Shown in pieces: positions 32,203 to 43,807 of a stretch of DNA of 52,146 bases (position 1 is the stretch's first letter; each line of letters opens with the position of its first letter). Below the pieces are notes generated by a model that was not told where the DNA came from, made no database searches, and saw nothing but the letters and a program-made list of their open reading frames with translations. The position numbers and the translations under genes were made by a program. Origin of the DNA: Acaryochloridaceae cyanobacterium VAR_48_metabat_390 (GTDB lineage Bacteria > Cyanobacteriota > Cyanobacteriia > Thermosynechococcales > Thermosynechococcaceae); NCBI GenBank assembly GCA_031422435.1, contig JANPLU010000084.1, positions 1 to 52,146 on the forward strand, given 5' to 3'.

Positions 32203-34281
32203 TCAGGACTCATAATCTCTAGATTCATTTTGCACTATCCTATTATCCTGTTTCTGAAGCCTCAGCCACAGCGATAGTGCTGTTCCTCTCCAAACTGTCG
32301 TTATTTGAACCTGCCGATTTTGTAAACTGAACTTAAGGGATTGAAACTGATCTTGCAAAAGCGCTAAATTCAAGAAGGACTCAGCACTGCCGCCGCCATG
32401 ACCGGAGAGCGCGTTTTCGACAGTAGATCCGTCGGTATGGATCAGCCCGTGTTCAAAGTTCTCTTCCATAGATGTCTTTCCCCCTCTCCACCGAATCGGT
32501 TCAGGCAACACATCTACCAATGCTCGACGCATAACACTCCGCGACCATCCATTTTTGAGCTTCTGCTCTGGCGGCAATGCCAGACAAAACTCAACCAATC
32601 GCTTGTCCATAAAAGGGTGTCTGACCTCAATAGAAAAGGCAGACGCGCACTGATCCGATAACTCTAGAACATGGGTAAATGCGCCAGAGGTTAAATCTCT
32701 ATACTGATCTTCCCTGGCGCTCTGAGGAGGGTACTGGCTCGATTGGCGCGCCTTACAAAGGTTGAAAACGCCCAAGCGTAAAGCAAATTGAGGGTTAAGT
32801 ACAGCGCTAGCGTTAAGGATTTCGTTCGACTGCTGTGCCTTTTTGGTGACGTATTTAAGCTTATGAACAACCCCCAAAAGCCATTGAGGTAAATAAGGCT
32901 TAATCCCATACTGTAGCCACAGCTTACGACGAGATATTGTAAAAGTCTGGCTGATGCCATTAACCCGTTGAGCAAAAGTTAGCCACTGGTGCTTTTGTGC
33001 AAGTTCCGATAGGTAAGGCATAGCATACGCTAACAGAATTGCCCCTGGAGAGGTGTCGAAGTGCCTAGAGACAGCCTTCGCTTCTGCAACAAAGGTTTCC
33101 CACTTTCCTTGACGCGCCAATTCCGTAAAATAAACCGATCCGTGAGAGACAACCGTATCTCCATCAAATCCGTCTAGGCAAATGCGAACGCCAGAAGCCT
33201 GAGTGGCACGGTTTAAACCATGAACGAGAAAATGACTCGGCCCTAAAAATGGTTCATCTAGGTACCGGAAAAATTCTTGCCATTTCGACAAGGGACCAAG
33301 GCGATCTGCCTCTATAAAATGCGGGATATAGCCACCCTGCTCTAGCACTATATTAAAATACTCGCGTTCATCACAGCTTGAGATGCGGTCGAAAATATTA
33401 GAAAAGGTATGCAGGGCTGCAGAACTAGATTGCTCTAGCAGCTCATGCGCCACGCAGGTGATGGCAGAAGAATCCAATCCCCCACTGAGGTGAGAACCGA
33501 TGGGGAAGGCACTGCGAAGCCGACAGCGAACCGCCTCAAAGAAAATGTCTCTAAATGCTGCTGCATAGTCTTCGTCTGTGGGCAAGGTAACAGATGCGGT
33601 GCAGTCGAGTGACCAATAGCAGCAAAGATTGAAATCTGCCTGTGCCGCAACAGTTACCCAGTGGGCTGGCGGGAGCCGAAAAATCTCTTCGTAGACAGTG
33701 TCAGACTTACTTTCTAGCATTGGTTCTAGAAAGTAGTCGGCAATGCGCCGCTCGTTAAGCTGACGAGATACCTCTGGAACCGCAAGCAGCGCTTTGATTT
33801 CAGAGGCAAAAATAAAGTATTGATCTGTATTGCAGTAGTAAAAAGGCTTGATGCCAAAGTGGTCTCTTGCACAGAAAAGCGTTTGCTTGCGGCTATCCCA
33901 AATGGCAAAGGCAAAGTCGCCCAGAAGATAGTTGGGGCAGTCTTGCCCCCATTTTTGATAGGCAGCTAGGATGATCTCACTGTCTGAAATGGCTGAAGCG
34001 TTGACAGCATCTAGCGCTAAGGCGTTAATCAATTCTTCTCGATTGTCAATGCGAGCATCTGCCGTAATGACCAAATCTGCGGCAGCGTCGCAGTAGGGCA
34101 GAACCTCTTTCAAGGACTCTGGTGTTGTCCATAGCATGCCGTGCCCTAGCCCAATCCTGTCACCCAGCCAAACCTTTGACCCATCCGATCCTCGATGAGC
34201 CATGGGTTGGAGCATCCGCTCAAGGACTTGGGACTCTATAGGACGTCCGTTTTTATTAAAAATACCGACAATTCCGCTCAA
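32203..34281 (-). CDS. Lasso peptide isopeptide-bond-forming cyclase (asparagine synthetase-like, C protein)
   Basis: Starts MSGIVG (Ser in place of the AsnB catalytic Cys), ARDHFGIKPFYY, SHLSGGLDSS, GFDGD, RHPFMDKRLVEF; TTG start with GGAG RBS; adjacent to B1/B2. Confidence 0.9.
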   Translation of the reverse strand: MSGIVGIFNKNGRPIESQVLERMLQPMAHRGSDGSKVWLGDRIGLGHGMLWTTPESLKEVLPYCDAAADLVITADARIDNREELINALALDAVNASAISDSEIILAAYQKWGQDCPNYLLGDFAFAIWDSRKQTLFCARDHFGIKPFYYCNTDQYFIFASEIKALLAVPEVSRQLNERRIADYFLEPMLESKSDTVYEEIFRLPPAHWVTVAAQADFNLCCYWSLDCTASVTLPTDEDYAAAFRDIFFEAVRCRLRSAFPIGSHLSGGLDSSAITCVAHELLEQSSSAALHTFSNIFDRISSCDEREYFNIVLEQGGYIPHFIEADRLGPLSKWQEFFRYLDEPFLGPSHFLVHGLNRATQASGVRICLDGFDGDTVVSHGSVYFTELARQGKWETFVAEAKAVSRHFDTSPGAILLAYAMPYLSELAQKHQWLTFAQRVNGISQTFTISRRKLWLQYGIKPYLPQWLLGVVHKLKYVTKKAQQSNEILNASAVLNPQFALRLGVFNLCKARQSSQYPPQSAREDQYRDLTSGAFTHVLELSDQCASAFSIEVRHPFMDKRLVEFCLALPPEQKLKNGWSRSVMRRALVDVLPEPIRWRGGKTSMEENFEHGLIHTDGSTVENALSGHGGGSAESFLNLALLQDQFQSLKFSLQNRQVQITTVWRGTALSLWLRLQKQDNRIVQNESRDYES

Positions 34282-34294
34282 CCATGCACTCCTG

Positions 34295-34774
34295 TCACTC
34301 TAGTGACTCAATGGGTCGAATGCGTAAGGGCTGAGGCAGACTAGGCAAAGGCTTGAAGCGGCTTAGGTCATTGAGCTGCCCCATTACAACGTGCCCTTCA
34401 TACTCAATCCAAGCATGGGCTTCGAGCTGATCAGCATTATTTTTATCCACGCCAATCATGAGTTTTGAAGGGCAGCCCTGCTGGTCTAAGAGCGTTTTCA
34501 TCGTGAGCGCTCTGGCTAAACATTTCACAGAACCTGGCATAAATTTACAGCAGGCATTGACAGCCCATTGCACCCGAGCAACAAGCTGACGTTGACTAAG
34601 CAGGTCTGTCGCAGCGGCCTGCTTGGGACTGCTAATGCGCTCTAAAAAACTACGCAAACGATTAAAAGACCGCCAAACCAAACCTAGCCGCACGAAGGTC
34701 AATAAAACGTAGGTTTTAAGGAAAAGATTCCGCTCTGGCGGGGCAATCTGAATAAACCTAAGAATCGGCTTCAT
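34295..34774 (-). CDS. Lasso peptide leader peptidase B2 (transglutaminase-like)
   Basis: KCLARAL and EAHAWIE catalytic Cys/His motifs; start MKPILRF overlaps the B1 end. Confidence 0.9.
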   Translation of the reverse strand: MKPILRFIQIAPPERNLFLKTYVLLTFVRLGLVWRSFNRLRSFLERISSPKQAAATDLLSQRQLVARVQWAVNACCKFMPGSVKCLARALTMKTLLDQQGCPSKLMIGVDKNNADQLEAHAWIEYEGHVVMGQLNDLSRFKPLPSLPQPLRIRPIESLE

Positions 34775-35072
34775 TGCGAATCTCGACGAGCTGAGCATTC
34801 ACTAAATCGCTCAGTAAAGCCTGGACGGAGCTTGCGCAGGTTTCGGAGTCTACCTCATAGTCTTCCAGAATACTGTCGCAAATGTCTGCAACGGTCTTGG
34901 GCTGTTGAATGAACTCCCAGATCACGCTGCCAAGCTCATCTAAGCCGTAGTACGTCCCGTTTTTGAGGTTGAGAATAACAGACTCGCCAGCCAGATCGGA
35001 TGAAACCTGGTCTTGACTCACAACGACGAGGGAATCTTGCGAAATCAAAGCGCCAGAGGTAGACATACTCAT
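34758..35072 (-). CDS. PqqD-family RiPP recognition element (lasso B1)
   Basis: SSDLAGESVILNLKNGTYYGLDELGSVIWEFI...YEVD...LLSDLVNAQLV. Confidence 0.92.
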   Translation of the reverse strand: MSMSTSGALISQDSLVVVSQDQVSSDLAGESVILNLKNGTYYGLDELGSVIWEFIQQPKTVADICDSILEDYEVDSETCASSVQALLSDLVNAQLVEIRNEADS

Positions 35073-35171
35073 ACTGATACTATCTGCAAAAATGTTCTAC
35101 AAATCTAGCCTATGTTTTTGCAAGCGTCTATGAGGCCATAAAGCGGAATCTGATGAAATCCAACGCTTTTT

Positions 35172-36569
<1,398 letters not shown>

Positions 36570-36791
36570 TCAACGACTGGATTAAGGTATCTGTTTTTCC
36601 ATTGGGTGGAGTAGAGCTGAGATTCAGTTTTCTGTGCTGAACCCAAGACTTCCCCCACTAGAATAAAGTTGAGTTCGACTTGCCTAAAGCTGCGCTCCAT
36701 TGAAGAATAGAGGAGAAAACACCTCTGACACTCTGATACAGGACAGTCAAGGGCATCAAAATGACAATAGAAAGCTGACCAGGAGAGCAAC

Positions 36792-38231
36792 GTGACGCAA
36801 CAGTTTGACTACGATCTTGTCATTATTGGTGCTGGAGTAGGAGGCCACGGGGCAGCGCTCCATGCCGTAGAGTGTGGACTCAAGACCGCCATTGTGGAAT
36901 CTCACGATATGGGCGGCACCTGTGTTAATCGAGGCTGTATTCCATCTAAAGCGCTGTTGGCAGCCTCAGGTCGTGTGCGAGAACTGCGAGATGAGCATCA
37001 TCTCAAGTCCTTGGGCATTCAGCTTCAGCAGGTATCTTTTAACCGCGAAGGCATTGCCGATCACGCGAGCAATCTGGTCGCAAAGCTGCGGGGCGACCTT
37101 ACCAATAGCCTGACGCGCATTAAGGTAGACATTCTGAAGGGCTGGGGAAAGGTTGCGGGGCCTCAAAAGGTCGAAATTATTGGCGATGCAGGGGACAAGA
37201 CCGTTACCACACGCAACATTATTGTAGCCAGTGGCTCTGTTCCTTGGGTGCCACCAGGGGTGCAGGTGGATGGCAAGACCGTTTTTACCAGTGATGATGC
37301 CATTAAGCTCAACTGGCTGCCGTCTTGGGTTGCCATTATCGGCAGCGGCTATATTGGCCTAGAGTTTTCGGATGTTTATACCGCCCTTGGATCTGAAGTG
37401 ACGATGATTGAGGCGATGGATCGGCTAATGCCAACCTTTGACCCCGATATTGCCAAAATTGCCCAGCGGGTGCTGATTGACCCACGGGACGTAGAGACTC
37501 GCGTAGGGTTAATTGCGAAGAAGGTTACGCCAGGATCACCTGTGGTAATTGAGCTGGCTGACCCTAAAACCAAAGAAGTGGTTGAGACCATTGAGGTGGA
37601 TGCTTGCCTAGTGGCAACGGGTCGTATCCCTGCCACCAAAAACTTAGGATTAGAAACCGTCGGAGCCGAAACCGATCAGCGTGGATTTATTCCGGTGAAC
37701 GATCATCTCCAGGTCATGAGCCAGGGTGAGCCGATTCCGCACCTGTACGCGATTGGGGACGCGACGGGCAAGATGATGCTAGCTCACGCGGCCTCAGCCC
37801 AGGGGATTGCGGCGGTAGAAACTATGTGTGGACGCGATCGCACCGTCAATTACCGCGCCATCCCCGCAGCCGCCTTCACCCATCCTGAGGTTAGCTTTGT
37901 GGGGTTAACAGAACCTCAGGCTAAAGAACTCGGTGATGCAGAAGGATTCAAAATTAGTGCAGTGCGGAGCTATTTCAAGGGCAATTCTAAGGCGCTTGCA
38001 GAAGGTGAAACCGATGGGATTGCCAAAATCATCTATCGAGAAGACACAGGGGAAGTTTTGGGAGCGCACATTATTGGGCTACACGCAGCGGATTTAATCC
38101 ATGAGGCGTCTAATGCGATCGCCCAAGGTGCCACGGTGCAAACGCTGTCTCACTTTGTCCATACCCACCCCACACTATCTGAGGTGCTAGATGAAGCTTA
38201 CAAACGCGCGGCGGTGGCAGTGAAAGCGTAG
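36792..38231 (+). CDS. lpdA: Dihydrolipoyl dehydrogenase
   Basis: [27 protein letters not shown]. Confidence 0.96.
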   Translation: MTQQFDYDLVIIGAGVGGHGAALHAVECGLKTAIVESHDMGGTCVNRGCIPSKALLAASGRVRELRDEHHLKSLGIQLQQVSFNREGIADHASNLVAKLRGDLTNSLTRIKVDILKGWGKVAGPQKVEIIGDAGDKTVTTRNIIVASGSVPWVPPGVQVDGKTVFTSDDAIKLNWLPSWVAIIGSGYIGLEFSDVYTALGSEVTMIEAMDRLMPTFDPDIAKIAQRVLIDPRDVETRVGLIAKKVTPGSPVVIELADPKTKEVVETIEVDACLVATGRIPATKNLGLETVGAETDQRGFIPVNDHLQVMSQGEPIPHLYAIGDATGKMMLAHAASAQGIAAVETMCGRDRTVNYRAIPAAAFTHPEVSFVGLTEPQAKELGDAEGFKISAVRSYFKGNSKALAEGETDGIAKIIYREDTGEVLGAHIIGLHAADLIHEASNAIAQGATVQTLSHFVHTHPTLSEVLDEAYKRAAVAVKA

Positions 38232-38300
38232 GTAGAGCTGTAAGGGCCTGCACCTTCAGCCTGTGCGGTTGGCACTTGGCACTCTTTTCCCCAACTCTCT

Positions 38301-39992
38301 TTACAGCGAGACCGTATAAATGCGCTGAGTTTCCAGATGATTCAGCGCTGATTCAGTCAAATGATTTGAATCCACATCTTGGCGATCTAACTTAACTTGT
38401 AGCGTCTTGAGCGGGTCAGTCCCTGGAGAAATGAGAAATTCAAACCGAGACACCTGAGGCCAAGTCTTGAGATCTTCTAGGATATGAGCGATCGCCCCCA
38501 TATAGGGATGCCCTGGCTGCGTAAACCAATCCGCATCTGCCACATTAGGCTGATCTAGCCCTAAATGCACCACTAAAGCCGAATCTCCAAAAATCGCCGT
38601 TGCCACAGGACGTGTCTCTTCCTGTAAGAGCAAATGCTGGGTATCGGCTAAGTGTCGTAGCTTTTCGAGACGTTCGTAGCTTTCATCTTCCGTTGGTTCT
38701 TCTGCCCATTGAATACCGACCGTCAGAAGATAGGTTTGTAGCAGCATGTGGCCTAACTTAGCGGCTTTAGTGTTGAGGTAGGTCATGTTAAAAGAGGTTG
38801 CCTCAATGAGCAGCGGCACTCGACCCACCACGTCGAGACCATAGCCCTTAAGCCCCGCAATTTTGCGCGGGTTATTGGTAATGAGGCGAAGGTTGTGAAT
38901 CCCTAAGTCATTGAGGATCTGTGCCCCTACGCCATAGTTGCGCAGGTCTGCGGGGAACCCTAGCTTTTCATTGGCTTCAACGGTATCAAAGCCTTTGTCT
39001 TGCAGCGTGTAGGCTTTGAGCTTGTTGATAAGTCCGATGCCGCGCCCTTCTTGACGCAGGTACACCACCACACCTTCGCCTACGGCATCAATCATCTTGA
39101 GCGCTGCCTGTAGCTGCATCCGGCAGTCGCAGCGCAATGAACCAAGGGCATCTCCCGTCAGGCACTCGGAATGGACGCGCACCATGATGGGGCGATCACC
39201 AAATTTCTCGATATCGCCCTTCACAATCGCCACATGATCTGAGTTGTCGAGCATGTTGCGATAGCCGTAGATTTGGAATTGCCCAAACTCGGTGGGTAGC
39301 TCTGCGATGGTTTCGCGGTGGACAAAGCGCTCGTGCTGAAGACGATAGCTAATGAGGTCTGCAATGCTGATGATTTTAAGGTTGTGTTGGCGGGCGTAGT
39401 CAACCAAATCTGGCAGCCGCGCCATCGAGCCATTGGGGTTCTGGATTTCGCAGATGACCCCTGCGGGGTATAGCCCAGCCATGTGTGCTAAGTCCACCGC
39501 CGATTCGGTGTGGCCTGCCCGTTTAAGCACGCCACCCTCACGCGATCGCAGTGGAAAAATGTGCCCTGGTCGCCGTAAATCGGCAGATAATGTGTTGGGG
39601 TTAATCGCTACCTGAATGGTCTTAGCGCGATCCTCGGCGGAAATGCCCGTTGAAATGCCAAGTGCTGGAGATGCGTCAATGCTGACCGTAAAAGCCGTCT
39701 GATTCGGGTCTGTGTTGTTTGTCACCATGAGCGGTAGGTCTAGGGCATCTAAGCGTTCACCCGTCATCGCCAGACAGATTAGCCCTCGCGCCTCCACCGC
39801 CATAAAATTAATCATTTCTGGCGTAGCAAATTGAGCCGCACAGATTACATCGCCCTCATTCTCGCGGTTCTCATCATCCACCACTACCACCGCGCGTCCT
39901 GACTGGATATCCGCAAGTGCCGCTTCAATGGGATCAAACTTAAATCGAGAATCTGCCGAGGGCTGAGGTGAATTCAAAGCGCTTACCGTCAC
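38301..39992 (-). CDS. ribBA: Bifunctional DHBP synthase / GTP cyclohydrolase II
   Basis: [47 protein letters not shown]; cyanobacterial C-terminal extension. Confidence 0.96.
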   Translation of the reverse strand: MTVSALNSPQPSADSRFKFDPIEAALADIQSGRAVVVVDDENRENEGDVICAAQFATPEMINFMAVEARGLICLAMTGERLDALDLPLMVTNNTDPNQTAFTVSIDASPALGISTGISAEDRAKTIQVAINPNTLSADLRRPGHIFPLRSREGGVLKRAGHTESAVDLAHMAGLYPAGVICEIQNPNGSMARLPDLVDYARQHNLKIISIADLISYRLQHERFVHRETIAELPTEFGQFQIYGYRNMLDNSDHVAIVKGDIEKFGDRPIMVRVHSECLTGDALGSLRCDCRMQLQAALKMIDAVGEGVVVYLRQEGRGIGLINKLKAYTLQDKGFDTVEANEKLGFPADLRNYGVGAQILNDLGIHNLRLITNNPRKIAGLKGYGLDVVGRVPLLIEATSFNMTYLNTKAAKLGHMLLQTYLLTVGIQWAEEPTEDESYERLEKLRHLADTQHLLLQEETRPVATAIFGDSALVVHLGLDQPNVADADWFTQPGHPYMGAIAHILEDLKTWPQVSRFEFLISPGTDPLKTLQVKLDRQDVDSNHLTESALNHLETQRIYTVSL

Positions 39993-40225
39993 GTTTCTTA
40001 ATAACTATCCTCATTCTAAAGGGTTATCGAACGGACTCAACACGCTTGAGCTTCTTGTTGAACATCTCCAAGAATAGGCTTACCACCGTGGGGTTTCGCG
40101 GCTTAATGCTGCCGCCATTTTCTATTGTTGAGCTGTCTTGACTCAAAGAAATACAGTCATTGCCATTTGGTACTACAATGCATCCAAAGTTCAGACATCG
40201 TTAGATTGAATAAGTAGAGTATTGA

Positions 40226-41290
40226 ATGGATACGGGGTCTGGGGAAAGAGTTGCGGTTGCGGTTGTCGGTGCTTCAGGCTATGGCGGGGTTCAGCTTGTG
40301 CGTCTGCTGATGGATCACCCCAATGCTGAGGTGGTTTATTTAGGAGGAGACAGCAGTGCAGGTCAGCCCTATGGCGATCTGTATCCTCATTTAGGCCATC
40401 GTACAAAGCTCACCATTGAACCCATTGATTTAGACGAAATCAGCCGTCGTGCGCAGGTGGTATTTTTGGCGTTGCCCAATGGTCTGGCGGCACAGATGGC
40501 AACACCCCTCATCGAGAAAGGCTGTAAGGTATTAGACCTCTCCGCTGACTATCGCTTTACAGACCTTAGTACCTATGAGCATTGGTATGGTCAGTCTCGT
40601 ACAGATCAGGCAGTTGCTGCAAAGGCGGTCTATGGTCTGCCAGAGCTAAACCGCAGCCGTTTGGTGAATGCCCAACTGGTGGGCTGTCCTGGCTGTTACC
40701 CCACCGCGAGCCTTTTGGCACTGGCTCCCCTTCTCAAGCAGGGGTTTATCCAGCCTGATAGCGTCATTATTGACGCAAAATCTGGGACTTCGGGCGGTGG
40801 GCGGCAAGGTAAAATTCCGATGCTGCTGTCAGAAGCGGATGGTTCGATTGGGGCTTACGGCATTGCGCACCATCGCCATACCCCAGAAATTGAGCAGACC
40901 TGCCGCGAGCTGTCGGGGCAAGAGATGATGGTGCAGTTTACCCCTCACCTAGTCCCCATGCCGCGCGGCATCTTGGCAACAGTCTACGCAAATCTGCGCG
41001 ATCCAGGCTTGGTGGGGGAAGACCTCATCACCATTTACTCTGCGTTCTATCGAACCTCTCCGTGGGTGAGAGTGCTGCCCGTGGGCGTCTTTCCGCAAAC
41101 CAAGTGGGCGTGTGGCACAAATCTTTGCTACATCGGCGTTGAGGTGGATGAGCGCACGGGACGAGTGATCGTGGTTTCGGCGATCGACAATCTCATTAAG
41201 GGTCAGGCAGGTCAGGCGTTGCAGTGCCTAAACATTATGATGGGCTGGGATGAAGCACTTGGCTTGCCGCAGTTGGCGTTTTATCCTTGA
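40226..41290 (+). CDS. argC: N-acetyl-gamma-glutamyl-phosphate reductase
   Basis: GASGYGG, DLSADYR, PGCYPT, HRHTPEI, DNLIKG. Confidence 0.96.
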   Translation: MDTGSGERVAVAVVGASGYGGVQLVRLLMDHPNAEVVYLGGDSSAGQPYGDLYPHLGHRTKLTIEPIDLDEISRRAQVVFLALPNGLAAQMATPLIEKGCKVLDLSADYRFTDLSTYEHWYGQSRTDQAVAAKAVYGLPELNRSRLVNAQLVGCPGCYPTASLLALAPLLKQGFIQPDSVIIDAKSGTSGGGRQGKIPMLLSEADGSIGAYGIAHHRHTPEIEQTCRELSGQEMMVQFTPHLVPMPRGILATVYANLRDPGLVGEDLITIYSAFYRTSPWVRVLPVGVFPQTKWACGTNLCYIGVEVDERTGRVIVVSAIDNLIKGQAGQALQCLNIMMGWDEALGLPQLAFYP

Positions 41291-41431
41291 TGGGGCGACG
41301 GCTATTGCAGCCTGACTTAGCCAAATAAATAGAAGTTTTAGGCTTTTCTCGGCTTAGACCTATCGTGGACACCCGCCCCGCCCCTTGGCGTAGTCTCTTT
41401 CATACACCGTAGTTCCGTTAAACCAAGGCAA

Positions 41432-42085
41432 TTAGGGCTGAGTCAAAGGGGCAGACGAGGCTCCCTGGGTTGGAACCTGCGGCAGCACTGAAGGGTTAAC
41501 CGTTGAATTGGGAGCGGATGGTGGAGTGTCGATAGAACTGTTGGGCGCTGTACCCGTCGAGGGTAAAGGCAAAATTGGCGTAACGGTTGGTGCTATGGGC
41601 TGACCTAGATTGAGCGGATCCTGATTGGGGAGGATTGGAGCACCTACGTCTGGAATGGCGCTCCCTGGCTGGGGCGCAGCGGCGCGATCCGTCGTACCTA
41701 GCGCAACCCGCGTACCGCCGACCTTGCGCAGCAGGTCAAATAAACCAATCACCGTCTCATAATTTAGCCGCTTATCGGCCTGAAACACCACAACACCCTG
41801 AGGTTTTTGTCCAACGTAGGCGGCGAGAAGCTGTGAAAGCTGTTCTTTAGAAACAACAGTATTCTGAATAATAATCTGTCCCAAAACGTCTACTTCAACG
41901 ATGAGCGTGTCGCCAAACTGGGTTTGAGCAGAGCTAGCTTGGGGTAAATCTACATTTAAACCCTCTGTTTTAGACGTGTTGACGGCTCCTAGGAGGAAAA
42001 AGACCAAAATGCAGAAAATGATGTCAATGAGCGGAATAATTTCAATCCGAACGTCTAAATCATCGGGCTCTATATTGACTTTCAT
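41432..42085 (-). CDS. exbD: Biopolymer transporter ExbD/TolR with Pro-rich tail
   Basis: IEIIPLIDIIFCILVFF, VDLPQA, QADK. Confidence 0.88.
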   Translation of the reverse strand: MKVNIEPDDLDVRIEIIPLIDIIFCILVFFLLGAVNTSKTEGLNVDLPQASSAQTQFGDTLIVEVDVLGQIIIQNTVVSKEQLSQLLAAYVGQKPQGVVVFQADKRLNYETVIGLFDLLRKVGGTRVALGTTDRAAAPQPGSAIPDVGAPILPNQDPLNLGQPIAPTVTPILPLPSTGTAPNSSIDTPPSAPNSTVNPSVLPQVPTQGASSAPLTQP

Positions 42086-42159
42086 GTCGGCTCTCGCTCA
42101 GAAAAATGCGGTCGTTGAATCAAGGAGACGATGGCACACAGCCATGGTGCATGGGGTAT

Positions 42160-42843
42160 CTAATAACCCGTCAGCTTTTTAGTGCCTTCAAAGCCGCTAG
42201 ATTGGGGAGCGTTTGCCATCGTCTGAGACTGGAGCCAAAACTGTCGATAGGTTAGCTCTAGCTCATTACCTGTACGTCGAAAAATGAGAGACTGGTGAAA
42301 CAATAGCCCTTGAAAAAGCCGATAAAAGGCTAGGGAAACAATCGCCACAATCAGGCCTACAGCGGTACTAATTAGTGCTTCAGCAATCCCATCGGGAACC
42401 CTTGCGAGAGAGGATGCCCCTCCTGCACTTATGCCTGCCAGAGACTGAATTAGACCCAAAACGGTGCCGAGCAAACCTAGAAGGGGTGCCATCGCAATCA
42501 CGGCCTCTAGAACCTTATGTCCACGCCGCATTGAGTTCAGCTCTTCATCGGCAGATGCCTCTAGGGCAAGGCGAAAAATTTCGGGTTCTTTATTAGCAAG
42601 GCGTAGGGGCGTGTATAAAAATCGACCCATTGGCTGAGCAGTGACCTGTCGCGCTAGGTGGGTAGCCTCATCCCAGTCGCGGCGCGCTGCCTCTAAGATC
42701 TGATCCGCTGTCTTGCGTTCACCTCTAAGGATTGTGCTCCAAAACCATAGGCGCTCGATAATGGTGCCAATCGACAGAATAGACAGAAATAGAAGGGGCC
42801 AAACGGCTGGGCCACCTTTTTGGATAATGTCACCGAAGTTCAC
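42160..42843 (-). CDS. exbB: MotA/TolQ/ExbB proton channel protein
   Basis: APLLGLLGTVLGLI, GIAEALISTAVGLIVAI. Confidence 0.9.
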   Translation of the reverse strand: MNFGDIIQKGGPAVWPLLFLSILSIGTIIERLWFWSTILRGERKTADQILEAARRDWDEATHLARQVTAQPMGRFLYTPLRLANKEPEIFRLALEASADEELNSMRRGHKVLEAVIAMAPLLGLLGTVLGLIQSLAGISAGGASSLARVPDGIAEALISTAVGLIVAIVSLAFYRLFQGLLFHQSLIFRRTGNELELTYRQFWLQSQTMANAPQSSGFEGTKKLTGY

Positions 42844-43038
42844 GGCATTTCCCTAAATTCAATGAACAACCCTTTAAGCGGATCATAGTGGAGAAAGAAA
42901 AACCTTCCTCACCCTGAAACCTACGATATCTTGCCCAGCTTATTATACTTTGCGCAGAAATCTATCCGGTAGAGGTACCCACACCTTACAAAATCGCTTA
43001 TTTTTGAAACGATATAAACATCTTCAAAAATAAACTCC

Positions 43039-43350
43039 ATGAAGCTTCCGATGCAAACTGTGTATAACTGGTACCGCAATACGCTGCGCAATCCTAAGTA
43101 TCGCTGGTGGATCGTGTTGGGCACTTTAGCGTATCTGGTTAATCCCATTGATATCTCCCCTGATTTTCTGCCTATCATTGGAGAAATTGACGATATTGCG
43201 CTGGTGACGCTGCTGGTGGCTGAGGTTTCTCAGATTGTAATTGACAAAATGAAAGCGCGTCAGCCGAATGCTGATATGCCGACCCCTGCGGCTGGCACAA
43301 ACGCGGCTGCTCACACCGTAGAGGTAGAATCAGTCTCCATGCCAGAATAG
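43039..43350 (+). CDS. YkvA/DUF1232 family protein
   Basis: YLVNPIDISPDFLPIIGEIDD. Confidence 0.88.
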   Translation: MKLPMQTVYNWYRNTLRNPKYRWWIVLGTLAYLVNPIDISPDFLPIIGEIDDIALVTLLVAEVSQIVIDKMKARQPNADMPTPAAGTNAAAHTVEVESVSMPE

Positions 43351-43354
43351 CAGC

Positions 43355-43807
43355 ATGAATGTATTGTCTTTACAGACTGACGGTTGGTTTGAATATCCTG
43401 TAATTGTGCAGCCGCACCACACGGACTATGCGGGGGTAGTTTGGCACGGCACTTATCTCACTTGGATGGAGGAAGCTCGCGTTGCGGCGTTAAGGTCAGT
43501 TAGCGTTGAGTTTGCCGATCTGGTGGCGATGGGCTGCGATTTGCCTGTGGTTGATCTACATCTCGCCTATCGACAGGCCGTACAAATGGGACAGCGCGTA
43601 TGTGTGCGATCGCGTTTAGAACCAATCACAGGGGTGCGTCTGATTTGGACTCAAAATGTTTGTGCGCTAGATACAGATCTTTGCTACGTGGTAGGTCGCG
43701 TCGTGAATGTGCCGATTGATCGCCATAGGCGCAGAATTTTGCGAAAGCTGCCGCCTGAGTTAGAAAAGGCGATCGCCGATTTGACCCATATCGCCGCAAT
43801 ACGCTAA
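43355..43807 (+). CDS. Acyl-CoA thioesterase (4HBT/YbgC family)
   Basis: HTDYAGVVWHGTYLTWMEEAR. Confidence 0.88.
   Translation: MNVLSLQTDGWFEYPVIVQPHHTDYAGVVWHGTYLTWMEEARVAALRSVSVEFADLVAMGCDLPVVDLHLAYRQAVQMGQRVCVRSRLEPITGVRLIWTQNVCALDTDLCYVVGRVVNVPIDRHRRRILRKLPPELEKAIADLTHIAAIR

Noticed and set aside
32203..34281. Annotation as asparagine synthetase AsnB
   Set aside because: Lacks the N-terminal catalytic Cys and sits with B1, B2 and a precursor; lasso cyclase fits better
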